From a virus (Duplodnaviria > Caudoviricetes), in the IMG/VR virus record IMGVR_UViG_3300025707_000006, positions 32,001-96,000 of that record: a DNA stretch of 64,000 bases; one strand, written 5' to 3'. The position numbers were made by a program, and so were the translations under genes. The notes under the pieces are model-generated. The model ran no database searches. It saw only the letters and a list, made by a program, of their open reading frames with translations, and had not been told where the DNA came from. Below, piece by piece: positions 18,817-28,283 of the stretch (position 1 is the first letter of the stretch; every line of letters begins with the position of its first letter).

Positions 18817-19368
18817 TTAGTCCCAATCCTCCCAATCATCCTCTTCTTCCAAAGAAGGGTAAGACTCATTGTCCTTAATATCGTTCTCTACCTCAGTAAC
18901 ACCTTTAAAGGCACTCGAACCCCAAATACAACCACTACCTACATCCCAAGGGTAGTACCAATGGACTCTCAGTCTCTCACTCGATTGAAAGGGGCAGATT
19001 TCTATACCATCATAATCTTTTGAGACAGCAACCCAATCTATCGCATCTTCCCCACCTATTTCTATGCCATACTTCCCTGTAAACATCCATAATTCTTGTT
19101 TTATTCGTATTACACACATACGATTAAGATTTACTTCAAGTAAATATTTATGTTGGTATCCCGAAGCCCAACTAGGGTTCCGACTTTGCACCCACTCTTT
19201 CCAATCCTTATCGCAAGCATACCAAAGACCCTTTGGTTTTTGGAGGGCACTTATAGTCTTGTCCTGTCGAACATTCCGAAATGACCCCATTGGTCTTGGA
19301 GAATACACCATACGATCATAGCTTTTCGCTTGAATGTGTAGAGTTGCGATTTTTCTGATTACATCCAT
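18817..19368 (-). CDS. Hypothetical protein (KPxGLWY / YDGIE / WDVxSGCIW type)
   Basis: Class-B motif at 19417-19401; MDVIRKIATLHIQAKS leader-like start; acidic tail. Confidence 0.7.
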   Translation of the reverse strand: MDVIRKIATLHIQAKSYDRMVYSPRPMGSFRNVRQDKTISALQKPKGLWYACDKDWKEWVQSRNPSWASGYQHKYLLEVNLNRMCVIRIKQELWMFTGKYGIEIGGEDAIDWVAVSKDYDGIEICPFQSSERLRVHWYYPWDVGSGCIWGSSAFKGVTEVENDIKDNESYPSLEEEDDWEDWD

Positions 19369-19419
19369 GATACTCTCCTATATAATATATGTAAGAGATT
19401 AGATAAAGGAACTACAAAT

Positions 19420-19764
19420 ATGAGTGAATGGGTCGTATATGTCATCCAGAGTCAGCAGATCAGACGCTCTGCTAAGACAGGTAAAGAACTACCTGGTTTC
19501 TTCTATGTAGGTTGCACCACAGATGTTAACCGTAGGCTGAGACAGCATCAGGGTTTCATCAAAGGAGGCGGGAAATACACTGCAAAGCACCGACCTTGGA
19601 AGCTCATGTGTACTTATGGCACATACGCTAATAGATCAGAAGCCATGAAAGCTGAGATGGCTCTAAAGAAAAAGCGTGGTAAGGCTAGGCTCTATTGGAC
19701 AGAGCAAGAGTCTAAATGGTGTCGAGGTCGTAAAGAAATAGGACTTAAAAACGACTGTATTTAG
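19420..19764 (+). CDS. GIY-YIG endonuclease (SLX1/UPF0213-like)
   Basis: VVYVI...FYVGCTTDVNRRLRQH..GGKYT..RPWKL...EAMKAE..LKK. Confidence 0.88.
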   Translation: MSEWVVYVIQSQQIRRSAKTGKELPGFFYVGCTTDVNRRLRQHQGFIKGGGKYTAKHRPWKLMCTYGTYANRSEAMKAEMALKKKRGKARLYWTEQESKWCRGRKEIGLKNDCI

Positions 19765-20083
19765 CTATGTCTGAATCCATCTGTTCATTCATCATCCCAT
19801 GAGGCGGGTTTCCAATATCTAAAGCGTCACCCGTAGATGTTGTCATAAGAATATGATGATACTTTGAGTAGTTTATTTCTACACCATTAGAAAGAGAGAT
19901 AGAAACCATCTCTCGACCTGTAGGGTCCTTCCCTCTTTGCACATCAACAACATTTCTGTTTGATAGTTTTTGCTCGGCAAGATCGTGAACATAACGCAGA
20001 TCTACGGCCTCACTAGCAAACCTTTCAAGTTTCGCAATCCTAGTCTCAAGGTTTCTAAGGATTTCTGATGCAGATCTTCTCAT
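19745..20083 (-). CDS. Leader-bearing small protein
   Basis: MRRSASEILRNLETRIAKLERFA. Confidence 0.75.
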   Translation of the reverse strand: MRRSASEILRNLETRIAKLERFASEAVDLRYVHDLAEQKLSNRNVVDVQRGKDPTGREMVSISLSNGVEINYSKYHHILMTTSTGDALDIGNPPHGMMNEQMDSDIAKYSRF

Positions 20084-20147
20084 AAGGGTTTCTCCATTTG
20101 ATTAAGGTTAAGATGATCACTTAAGAGAACCTATAAATAAACTATTA
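20015..20147 (-). repeat. Promoter+UTR+leader module copy
   Basis: TAATAGTTTATTTATAGGTTCTCTTAAGTGATCATCTTAACCTTAATCAAATGGAGAAACCCTTATGAGAAGATC. Confidence 0.9.
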
Positions 20148-20179
20148 AAGTTATGGTGTCGAGGTAGAGAACCTAGATT

Positions 20180-20569
20180 TTAGAGCCTGCGAAGAACCCT
20201 CTTAGACTCCTTGAGGAAGTCTGCCTTAACAGAGTCAGAGTCTGGTCCAACCTCGACACGACCAATGGTCAGTCTACCCTGGTTTCCTTCAGACACATCA
20301 ACTAAAATGAGATATCCATTCTTCAAGTCTTCTTCATACACGACATTAACATGATTCATATAGCCATTTGTCCACCTTAACGCTCCTGTAGGCGAAGACT
20401 CAAGAGTATAACCTAACAATTTAGTTCCCGCTAACCTTCTCACAGATTGCATGGGGGACGAGGCGAGGCTGTGTCGGATGCGATAGAGGGGATCAGGTGT
20501 AGATTGTCTTTCAAGACGAGCGACCCTAGTCTCAAGGTTACGGATGATTTCTGATGCTGATCTTCTCAT
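20180..20569 (-). CDS. Leader-bearing small protein (start at ATG 20569)
   Basis: MRRSASEIIRNLETRVARLERQS. Confidence 0.75.
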   Translation of the reverse strand: MRRSASEIIRNLETRVARLERQSTPDPLYRIRHSLASSPMQSVRRLAGTKLLGYTLESSPTGALRWTNGYMNHVNVVYEEDLKNGYLILVDVSEGNQGRLTIGRVEVGPDSDSVKADFLKESKRVLRRL

Positions 20570-20632
20570 AGGAGTTCTCCATTTTGTTAAGGTTAATGAG
20601 ATCACTTAAGATCATTTATAAATAAACTATTA
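20501..20632 (-). repeat. Promoter+UTR+leader module copy
   Basis: TAATAGTTTATTTATAAATGATCTTAAGTGATCTCATTAACCTTAACAAAATGGAGAACTCCTATGAGAAGATC. Confidence 0.9.
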
Positions 20633-20917
20633 AAGTTTAAGGAAAGACTCTACAAGCACCTCTGCGAGATCTTCCCCCTCAACCCCATGTGAACTTACCC
20701 ATACCTCCCCATCTCTCCTTACAGACCCATTATTGAGTGCGTATAGGTGGTGGAGGTACGCAAGGGTAACCGTGTCCTCAAAGTCGGGCAACCATGTTTC
20801 ACTAGTAAGAGTGTATCTAACTTTTTGTTTAGGTTTGAAGTGAGGGAAAACTAGGATGCCAGTCACGCAGACCCACTTAGGGTGTTTAACTAAAAGCCTA
20901 AGACGATCAATATCCAC
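20630..20917 (-). CDS. Hypothetical protein
   Basis: ORF in a co-oriented overlapping run. Confidence 0.55.
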   Translation of the reverse strand: MDIDRLRLLVKHPKWVCVTGILVFPHFKPKQKVRYTLTSETWLPDFEDTVTLAYLHHLYALNNGSVRRDGEVWVSSHGVEGEDLAEVLVESFLKL

Positions 20918-21089
20918 CAGAGTTAAACCAACCCTCTCCCTTTAATACGAAGCTACTCTTTGAGATAAGTTTCTGGGGGTCTTCTGTCTTACATTTAGGA
21001 CAAGGAGGTGATGGGTCATTCATTTTATGTGTGGCTTCAAAGTCATGTTTACATTCTTCTTGTTTACATCTGTAGTTGTAAGTCGGCAT
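20907..21089 (-). CDS. FmdB-family zinc ribbon protein
   Basis: MPTYNYRC..C.HDFE...CPKC...KLIS.SSFVLKG.GW. Confidence 0.85.
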   Translation of the reverse strand: MPTYNYRCKQEECKHDFEATHKMNDPSPPCPKCKTEDPQKLISKSSFVLKGEGWFNSGGY

Positions 21090-21343
21090 TATTTTTTATC
21101 ACTTTCTTGTTTGAGTCTTTCTTCACGCTGTCTTCTTCGAGCTTGACTCTCTAAAGATTGCACATACTCTAGTAATCTACCAAGCTCTCGATCTACTTGC
21201 TTGAGGTTTTTAGCCAAATCTTTATCGGAACATACCTTATCGTCTTTTCTATAAGTACAATAAGAAATAACCGATCTGACAGCCTCCTTGCTTGTGAGGA
21301 GTTTTTGTTGGATAGCCCTAGCAGACCTTAATGGAGTTGACAT
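21089..21343 (-). CDS. Hypothetical coiled-coil protein
   Basis: AAGGGGA RBS; TAATG overlap with the next gene. Confidence 0.55.
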   Translation of the reverse strand: MSTPLRSARAIQQKLLTSKEAVRSVISYCTYRKDDKVCSDKDLAKNLKQVDRELGRLLEYVQSLESQARRRQREERLKQESDKK

Positions 21344-21797
21344 GAATATATCCCCTTTTGACTTTCATAATGAAGCCTACAATATGATAAACACAACCGT
21401 GTCTGGTGCTAAAGAGAACGGTCTTGATATATCTACATTACCTCCTCATTTATCCATAATGACAAGTGAGGAGGTACTTCATGGAAAAAAAGTTATACTT
21501 GGATTCTCTTTACCAGAGATCCTTCAAGATGTAAGCCCTAGTTTATGGTCTTTCATTGCACATCAAAAAATGCAAGAGGAAACAAACAGTATAGGGTTCG
21601 TTTTTTGGTGCTTGGTTGAAGATTCTAAGTGTGGTGGACAATCTGTCTTTGGTATGTCCTACTTTAAAGAAGAAGGATTCAAAGGATTTATCTCGGACAT
21701 CGAGTTTCAATATGAACCCGAACTTCTAACAGACCCTCATCAAATTGTTCCCTCTTTCTTAGACTACGACTTTGAAAATGAATATCTGGTTCATTAA
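21342..21797 (+). CDS. Hypothetical protein
   Basis: GGAG RBS before ATG 21342; abuts the next gene. Confidence 0.55.
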   Translation: MNISPFDFHNEAYNMINTTVSGAKENGLDISTLPPHLSIMTSEEVLHGKKVILGFSLPEILQDVSPSLWSFIAHQKMQEETNSIGFVFWCLVEDSKCGGQSVFGMSYFKEEGFKGFISDIEFQYEPELLTDPHQIVPSFLDYDFENEYLVH

Positions 21798-22118
21798 ATG
21801 AGTTATTTAATCCCAGTTATTCTCTTGTGCCTCGCTGAACTCATTTTTTGGTTTAAGGGTAACTCAAAGGCTCTCTATGGGATAGATTGGGGACCTTTAA
21901 AATGGTGGCTCTATACAAGTTTATTCACAAACTACCTATGCCTATATGCTTGGTGGAAGCTAATAGAAATCGGAGATGTTTGGAAGGCCGGCGTAACTTG
22001 GGGGTTGTGTAGTTTCACTATAGAACTTATTCTTAACTGCTACTTTTTCGGGTTCAACTGGAAAGGTGTTGTCGCATTATGCCTATGTGCATTAGCCACA
22101 GTCATCGTACACACTTAA
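21798..22118 (+). CDS. Small multi-pass membrane protein (SMR/DMT-like size)
   Basis: Four hydrophobic segments in 106 aa. Confidence 0.6.
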   Translation: MSYLIPVILLCLAELIFWFKGNSKALYGIDWGPLKWWLYTSLFTNYLCLYAWWKLIEIGDVWKAGVTWGLCSFTIELILNCYFFGFNWKGVVALCLCALATVIVHT

Positions 22119-22130
22119 AAGGAACGCAAT

Positions 22131-22592
22131 ATGAAAGCTCTTTATTTCGCTTATGGTCTTTGTCTTGAAGAACACACAATGGTTGACTACCACCCTAGTG
22201 CTAGGTTTCACCTGTTCGCAACCTTGAGGGGTTTTAAACTCATCTTCTCTGGTGATGGAGTATGTTCCATAGATAAAGGGTCATTTAATGACATTGTTGA
22301 GGGCGTTTTATACACCGTAGATCATCAAGAGTTATCCGAACCCAGAGAGGGTTCTTCACTGTCGATACTCGACATTATGGGTCATGACGGAAACTATGTC
22401 TCAGCTCATGTTTATTATACGAACCGAAAAGATCTGGTAGCCCCAACTCAAGATTATCTTATGAGAGTACATAAAAAGTATCAAGATTATGGCTTTAACA
22501 TGACACCCTTAGAGAACGCACTTGATAAATCAAACTATCAAGATACAGAGCAAGAGGAGGACACAGTATGTGGGCCATTGCTGTCTTTATAA
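22131..22592 (+). CDS. Gamma-glutamylcyclotransferase (GGCT/AIG2)-like protein
   Basis: LYFAYG, ATLRGFKLIF, VEGVLY, PTQDYL. Confidence 0.75.
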   Translation: MKALYFAYGLCLEEHTMVDYHPSARFHLFATLRGFKLIFSGDGVCSIDKGSFNDIVEGVLYTVDHQELSEPREGSSLSILDIMGHDGNYVSAHVYYTNRKDLVAPTQDYLMRVHKKYQDYGFNMTPLENALDKSNYQDTEQEEDTVCGPLLSL

Positions 22593-22739
22593 CCTCCCTA
22601 ATTCTCCTATATGTGATCGCAGAATATGTAGCCTAAACAAGCACTTCCAAATAAAAGCAAATACACATCATAAGCTCTTCTGAGTAGATACAATCCATCA
22701 TATTAACTTGTCTTTTTGTATGTTATATCGCATATCAGC

Positions 22740-22768
22740 CACCTTATAAGTTTAGTTCCTATAAGGTG
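22740..22768. terminator. Stem-loop between convergent genes
   Basis: CACCTTATA...TATAAGGTG 9-bp inverted repeat; no clear U-tract. Confidence 0.3.
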
Positions 22769-22794
22769 ACTGATAATAAATAAGGTATTAAGAT

Positions 22795-23106
22795 CTATCC
22801 GTTCGACACAAAGTCATTCAACTTCTTTGCAATAGTTAAAACTTCGTCAACACCCATAGGGGGCATCTTCAACCCCTCGATGTTTTCTTTCGCAGATGTA
22901 ATCAACTCAGCGGCTGCAACACCAATCGTATCTTCATGTCGATCATAAAAGCTACCTGCAATGTCACCTTGTGTGTGCATATACTGAATTTGCTTTTCTA
23001 CACTGTCTTCAACGATATGTTGAGCGAGATGTAAAATCTCTACACGAAGCTCATAGGGGGTCTTGTTTGGTTTAGGTGCAAGGTCACCTTTTAGACTTGA
23101 CGACAT
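22795..23106 (-). CDS. Conserved phage hypothetical protein
   Basis: NKTPYELRVEILHLAQ...EVLTIAKKLNDFVS. Confidence 0.7.
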   Translation of the reverse strand: MSSSLKGDLAPKPNKTPYELRVEILHLAQHIVEDSVEKQIQYMHTQGDIAGSFYDRHEDTIGVAAAELITSAKENIEGLKMPPMGVDEVLTIAKKLNDFVSNG

Positions 23107-23186
23107 AAGTCATCCTTTCTCTGTGTGTGTGTTACCCAAATGGGCGTTTATACTTTCGACTCTCTAATAATGAGAGTCAATAGAAA

Positions 23187-23372
23187 TTAATCGCTATTTC
23201 TAGCTTCAAGAACCGCCTTACGAATCTCTTTAGACTGAGCGACTACATCTTGTAGTGATTTACGGACTCGTGTCCCTGCGGCTTTGTTTCCATCGTCAAC
23301 TTTAGAAGCGTCTGATTCGAGGTCTGCGATTACTTGTTTAAGGGTAGCGATGCGATCTGAGATAGTACTCAT
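23187..23372 (-). CDS. Histone H1-like (Hc1-family) small DNA-binding protein
   Basis: DASKVDDGNKAAGTRVRKSLQD..AQSKEIR signature. Confidence 0.75.
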   Translation of the reverse strand: MSTISDRIATLKQVIADLESDASKVDDGNKAAGTRVRKSLQDVVAQSKEIRKAVLEARNSD

Positions 23373-23435
23373 ATTGATTTCTCCGAAGAAGGAAAAGGTT
23401 GGTTAATTGTATAGGGGTATCCTAAACAATACTTA

Positions 23436-23804
23436 TTATACTATGGGATTCTCTATTTCAGACCTTTTTTTAAGCTCTTCAAACATTTCTTTGCGTGTCC
23501 AACCCTCTCTAGTCACCCTTTGTAGAAGCTCAGTGCTAACTCTCAAAACCTGTTTTTTTAACCAATTTTTACGATGTATTTTATCAGTACCTATATACAC
23601 ACGATTGTCTTTACCTAGATAAACACTCTCATTACCGTAGGCTTCTCCAAGCGTAAATAATATGGTTAACCCATTCTTAGAGAGCCAAGCCTCAATCTCT
23701 TTAAGGATCTGAGCATCTTGTTCATAATAGCCTCTTATAAGGTCGGGAGGTAGGATTTTAGAAGGCTTAACAAGACGCTCATATTTCAAAGATAATCTCG
23801 CCAT
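23436..23804 (-). CDS. Hypothetical protein
   Basis: Co-oriented run downstream of the polymerase. Confidence 0.6.
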   Translation of the reverse strand: MARLSLKYERLVKPSKILPPDLIRGYYEQDAQILKEIEAWLSKNGLTILFTLGEAYGNESVYLGKDNRVYIGTDKIHRKNWLKKQVLRVSTELLQRVTREGWTRKEMFEELKKRSEIENPIV

Positions 23805-23988
23805 AATGAACGATCTTCGCTTGAAGCAGAGACCCAGCCGACAAACTTGATCTTATCATTAGGGTTTAACTCGGAAGGGCTAGATACAACACCTTTAGAA
23901 TACTTAGGTAATATTTGTACATTCATGCTTTTAGGTAACACGACAATGTACCCATTACGAATATGATTACAAATGACTAGTTCTATCA
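23786..23988 (-). CDS. Small hypothetical protein
   Basis: MIELVICNHIRNGY... in the co-oriented run; start approximate. Confidence 0.45.
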
Positions 23989-23990
23989 TT

Positions 23991-24584
23991 TTATTTTCCC
24001 ATCTTAAACTTTCCACCCACAGGCAGAGTTTCGGTTACAGCCCAAGAATCTGATTGATACCTCTTAGGTCGAGATTGTGGTTGAGTAGGCTTGGGTGCTT
24101 CACCTATCGTGATTTCTTGAGGTGGCGTATTCAGTGGGTTCTGATACACCTGTGGATTAGGTAATCCGACTTTAGGTGCTGAGGTCTTCACTGAACTCTC
24201 TTCTTCTCCTTCAAACTCTGGTGTATCCACTGGAGGTGCAGGGAGCGTATCTTCTTCCCCCCTATCTATGACACCACCTATAATCAAAGGGGATTGTGGC
24301 AGTTCTTCTGGGACTCCCCAAACCTCTATCACTTGTGGTTCTTGAAAACCTTCAAAGTCTGAAACACCCTCCCATCTGCTACCATCTGCTTGAAGCACAA
24401 TGTTAGGGTTTTCAAGGAGTCGGTCTACTTGACTGAGTATACGCCTATCCCAAGAGCTAAAAGCCATCCCTGCACGAACACACTCTCTATTTTTACATTG
24501 GTTACAAAAGGTACGCTCGAACTCTGGTGGACTCATCATCCCACCCTCATTACAATCTACAAAGAAATCTTTATTAGGCTTCAT
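23991..24584 (-). CDS. Hypothetical protein with a Cys cluster and Pro-rich tail
   Basis: DC..FCNQCKNREC. Confidence 0.65.
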   Translation of the reverse strand: MKPNKDFFVDCNEGGMMSPPEFERTFCNQCKNRECVRAGMAFSSWDRRILSQVDRLLENPNIVLQADGSRWEGVSDFEGFQEPQVIEVWGVPEELPQSPLIIGGVIDRGEEDTLPAPPVDTPEFEGEEESSVKTSAPKVGLPNPQVYQNPLNTPPQEITIGEAPKPTQPQSRPKRYQSDSWAVTETLPVGGKFKMGK

Positions 24585-24594
24585 ATAACTGCTC

Positions 24595-27339
24595 TCATTC
24601 TAACAAGGTACTAATACTTCGTCCTTCATAGACTACATCATACCCTCCTTCTTGCACCTTAATCCACTCGGCAAGATCTTTTGCAATCTCTTCAGTTAGT
24701 TCCTCTACACAAAAAGTAGGAAGAACGGGGGTTTTCTGAACGGGTTCTTCTACGACCTTCTTTTTAACTATGTTATCGGGGTTTACTCCATAGTCTACAT
24801 AAAGTTGTTCTGTCTGCCTTTTGATCTTGGCGATGAATTCCTCTGTGTAATCACATTTAATATTGCTAGATCCACAGTGCATACAAACGGTTGGGCTAGG
24901 ATCACGAGGTGTTTTCCCATCACAACCTACCTCTTTGCACTTGTAAGGTGCATTGATGATCTTATCTCCAGCCTCTCCTGCAATCACATCTTTCACATCA
25001 AAAGGCACTGTCCAATCTTTACCCAGCTCAACATCGACAAGTAAAGGCACACGCCACCCTAAACGCTTAATGACTTTGTTGCGAGTCATTAATTCAGAAA
25101 TGATGTCAATCGCTTCTTTCAAGATTGATTTGTGAATCTCAAAAACGATTTCGTCATGTACTGTTAAGACCATCATCAGTTTGTCTTGCCAGCCACGCTT
25201 CTTAGTCTCTTGATAGATGAAGCTCATCGCCAACTTAGTCACATCAGCACTTGTACCTTGAACTGGTCCATTCACTGCCTTACGCTCATCTTTGGACTTG
25301 AACCTAAAGTCATCAGATTTGATGTCGGGTAAAGGCTGAACACGACCCATTCCTGTCTTTACATAACCATGTTTACGACCAAAATTGTGTTGCTTAGACC
25401 ACCATTTAGTCAACTCACTATAAGTTGCTGTAAACTTCTTAAACTTCTCGTCTGCTTCTTCCGAAGTGCAACCAATAGTACGCTGAACAGCTTTACCTGT
25501 ACCCCCATAGGATAGAGCAAAGTTGCACCCCTTACCATTGCCCCTCAACGCTTTCCAATCATCACGCTTCTTAGCTCCCTCACCATAAAATGCAACTGCT
25601 GTGATTGTATGTAAGTCTCCAATCTTGTCCGACCCACAACCAGTACAGTTTGAAGGTGGTGCTTTAGCGAATCCATCCTCTTGGAATTCTTGTGGGTAAG
25701 CTGTGCCACATTCAGAACATTCAAAGAAAGCCTTGATCCATTTAGGCTCAAGACTAAGATTGGTTACTAACCGAAGCTCTACACCTGCATAGTCAATGGC
25801 CGCTAACCACCAATCATCATCTCGTACAGACACACATGAACGCATCTTAGAAATCGCTTCGGGTTTGTTTGGATCATAGGTAGCAGGTATGCCTTGAAAG
25901 GGTACACGACACCCTCCATCTTTGACCTTCCAAGGCTTGCTATTCGTCTTACAGGAAAAACGACCTGTGTCAGCGGCGAACTGATCAAACTTAGGTTTAA
26001 GCGTACCATCTGGTCCAACATCTTCTACAAATGGAATGAGATACTGACCCATTGCCTTCCCAAGCTCTCGAAAGGTCTTAACCTTAGCCATAAAAGGAAA
26101 GTCTTCAGCCGCATTTTTAATCACATCTTCAAGAATGTCCTTAGAAGTCACGACCTGACCCGACTTTTCACTCGCCTTAAGCCCTGGTACACTCAACTCT
26201 CTAAATAACAGACCGAGCTTTTGAGGAGATAAAATGTCATAGGTTAATGGAAACTCAATCTCTTCTGTACCTACACTCTTACCGAGAACCGTTACAGCCT
26301 TAGTAACAAAACCCTTTTCATCGGGATAAAGTCGGAGTGCTTCTTTACGAGCTTCATCAACACGAGTTTTATAACTCATGCCTTCTACTTCCATGTGATT
26401 AAACTTATTCTCTCCTTTAAGAGCACCCTTAAGGACACGCACATAGTTAGGGGTGATGTCTCTCCCTAAAATATCTTTCGCACCGTTGTAAACTTCAATC
26501 AAAGAGTCAAACCATAGCTTCTGACCTTGCTGACTATATTTCAATGCAGTATCTCGATCTATGTAAACACGATTTCTGTGCATCCACCGAGTCGCAAGTA
26601 AACACATACGCTCTAAAACATACATCGAGTTAGTGTGTTCTTTAGCTTCACTGTACTTCTTATACAAAACTTCCCACAGCCCAAGCGTACACATTGCATC
26701 ACTAGCGGCATACCAAACACAGGGTTCCCAGCTCACATCAAGTTTAGAGTAGTTTTTGTCGGGAGCATCGGGCATGAGGTCTGATAACTCAATCATCTCA
26801 CGATCAAGGTGAACATTGGTTAAATGCTTTAGTCCTCGACCACCTTTTTCACGAGGGTTCAAGAGATACTGAATGATGTAAGTGTCATGCCACTTGAAGG
26901 AGTCCCATCGAGCTTCACCGAGTCCTTTTTTATACTCGTTAAACTCCAAGAACTCTTGATCAAAACCTGCGTTATGGAAGATAGGTTGTGCTTCTACTCT
27001 TGGGTCAAGTAATCGCTCTAGTGCAGGATACATTAAACGCCAAGGAATGTTATGCTCAACACCTTCTTGATGACCAACAGGGAAATAATAGCCTTTATCT
27101 TTGTGTGCTGAGAGGCATACACCCACAATCGTATCTCTCGTGCGACCATTAAACACACGATTATCAAGACCTGTTGTCTCAAGGTCAAGCCCATAGGCAA
27201 CGCTGTTAATACACTCGTCAATGCACTCATCAAGGTTCTCTTTCGTACCTAAGATCAGTTCGGTGTCTTTCATCCACAACTTGGGTTTGATATTTGGTCG
27301 TCTTAATGATTCAAGCATATCTGCAAACATTGGTTGCAC
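24595..27339 (-). CDS. polA: Family A DNA polymerase with a 3'-5' exonuclease domain
   Basis: Exo I LDLETTG, Exo II HNAGFD, Exo III YAASD; DTGRFS; motif A IDYAGVELR; motif B RGNGKGCNFALSYG; NGPVQGTSAD; motif C TVHDEIVFE. Confidence 0.95.
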   Translation of the reverse strand: MQPMFADMLESLRRPNIKPKLWMKDTELILGTKENLDECIDECINSVAYGLDLETTGLDNRVFNGRTRDTIVGVCLSAHKDKGYYFPVGHQEGVEHNIPWRLMYPALERLLDPRVEAQPIFHNAGFDQEFLEFNEYKKGLGEARWDSFKWHDTYIIQYLLNPREKGGRGLKHLTNVHLDREMIELSDLMPDAPDKNYSKLDVSWEPCVWYAASDAMCTLGLWEVLYKKYSEAKEHTNSMYVLERMCLLATRWMHRNRVYIDRDTALKYSQQGQKLWFDSLIEVYNGAKDILGRDITPNYVRVLKGALKGENKFNHMEVEGMSYKTRVDEARKEALRLYPDEKGFVTKAVTVLGKSVGTEEIEFPLTYDILSPQKLGLLFRELSVPGLKASEKSGQVVTSKDILEDVIKNAAEDFPFMAKVKTFRELGKAMGQYLIPFVEDVGPDGTLKPKFDQFAADTGRFSCKTNSKPWKVKDGGCRVPFQGIPATYDPNKPEAISKMRSCVSVRDDDWWLAAIDYAGVELRLVTNLSLEPKWIKAFFECSECGTAYPQEFQEDGFAKAPPSNCTGCGSDKIGDLHTITAVAFYGEGAKKRDDWKALRGNGKGCNFALSYGGTGKAVQRTIGCTSEEADEKFKKFTATYSELTKWWSKQHNFGRKHGYVKTGMGRVQPLPDIKSDDFRFKSKDERKAVNGPVQGTSADVTKLAMSFIYQETKKRGWQDKLMMVLTVHDEIVFEIHKSILKEAIDIISELMTRNKVIKRLGWRVPLLVDVELGKDWTVPFDVKDVIAGEAGDKIINAPYKCKEVGCDGKTPRDPSPTVCMHCGSSNIKCDYTEEFIAKIKRQTEQLYVDYGVNPDNIVKKKVVEEPVQKTPVLPTFCVEELTEEIAKDLAEWIKVQEGGYDVVYEGRSISTLLE

Positions 27340-27465
27340 CTCCTTATAAGTATCGCTCTCTCCCTCCTATTATATGAGAGACACACAAAGCGTAACCCCT
27401 TATCTATAGAATAGTGTAAGAGGTTCAGAATCATCACGAACCCCACACTCCTCAAGGAGAACCAA

Positions 27466-27807
27466 ATGACAGCCAAGAAGATCAAAACCAAGAAGGTCAA
27501 CACCCTCCGCCATCAGCCCGATGAGCACACCGTCCTCGCTTACACTCCCTTTGAGGATGGGTGTGATGAAGGGTGGTACGAGCCTGTCGGTAATGTGCGA
27601 AAGTTTGACGCACACTACTCAGCGACCCCACTCTGCCTTGAGGAAGATCCTCGTAGGATGACTCAGAGGAAGCAGTTCAAGACACGCAAGCTCGCTTGTG
27701 AGTGGCTTCTCAAAGTCCGAAATCTCTCTTATTGGGATGAGCGTGATGCCGTCCTTGGAGAGTACGGAATGGATTCTGACGAGTTCCGTCAAATCGACAG
27801 CCCATGA
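27466..27807 (+). CDS. Hypothetical (putative early) protein
   Basis: Class-A motif at 27392; AAGGAGAAC RBS. Confidence 0.65.
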   Translation: MTAKKIKTKKVNTLRHQPDEHTVLAYTPFEDGCDEGWYEPVGNVRKFDAHYSATPLCLEEDPRRMTQRKQFKTRKLACEWLLKVRNLSYWDERDAVLGEYGMDSDEFRQIDSP

Positions 27808-27879
27808 AAAGATGGGGCGTAACCCCTTAAGTATACCCTTATGTCATCAACCAAAACTCTCTTGGAAGGAGAACCTAAT

Positions 27880-28272
27880 ATGACTATCGCATCAATCCTC
27901 AAAACACCAACTACTCGTGTAGTCCTCAGTTCGGCTTTCAGCAATCGTATGCTAGCCGAGAACGCTCTTGTCCACAAGATCGACCTTGATGTCGATCAAG
28001 CTAAGGCTATCATCTCTCTCGCAGAGATGGCAAGCAACATCACCTTCGAGAACGCTATCAATCCACGCCACGAGTCCACTGTGGCTCTCGCTCAAGGACT
28101 TACCAAGTCCGAGTGTGTCGGTGGCAATGTGAGTCTCAACGATGGTGATGTGGTGGTCATCATTCAGCCCTCAGCATCGAGTCGAAACGACACCGAGTTC
28201 GAGGTCGAACACTTTAACGAGTGTATCTTCCAAGTCCTTCAATGTCTACCCCTCTCAATGCTCCAGAGTTAA
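27880..28272 (+). CDS. DUF1874 / AcrIII-1-like (STIV B116-like) putative ring nuclease
   Basis: VVLSSAFSNRML, NAINPRHESTVAL and VSLNDGDVVVIIQ parallel the AcrIII-1 motifs YLANAFSINML, NSIGHDSTIQL and IKL...D.LYVVQ (from memory); class-A motif at 27819. Confidence 0.6.
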   Translation: MTIASILKTPTTRVVLSSAFSNRMLAENALVHKIDLDVDQAKAIISLAEMASNITFENAINPRHESTVALAQGLTKSECVGGNVSLNDGDVVVIIQPSASSRNDTEFEVEHFNECIFQVLQCLPLSMLQS

Positions 28273-28283
28273 AGGGAGGGTGT

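Noticed and set aside
2753-20632. Repeated module as an IS, MITE or integron attC array
   Set aside because: No transposase or integrase in the window, no target-site duplications seen, no GTTRRRY/RYYYAAC cores; conservation follows promoter, RBS and peptide.
23119-23133. (TG)n microsatellite
   Set aside because: Only about five units; on the coding strand it is an AC-rich unstructured UTR before an RBS.
24595-27339. Intein or intron in the polymerase
   Set aside because: Insertions are short Cys-rich ribbons without intein terminal motifs or LAGLIDADG blocks, and the frame is continuous.
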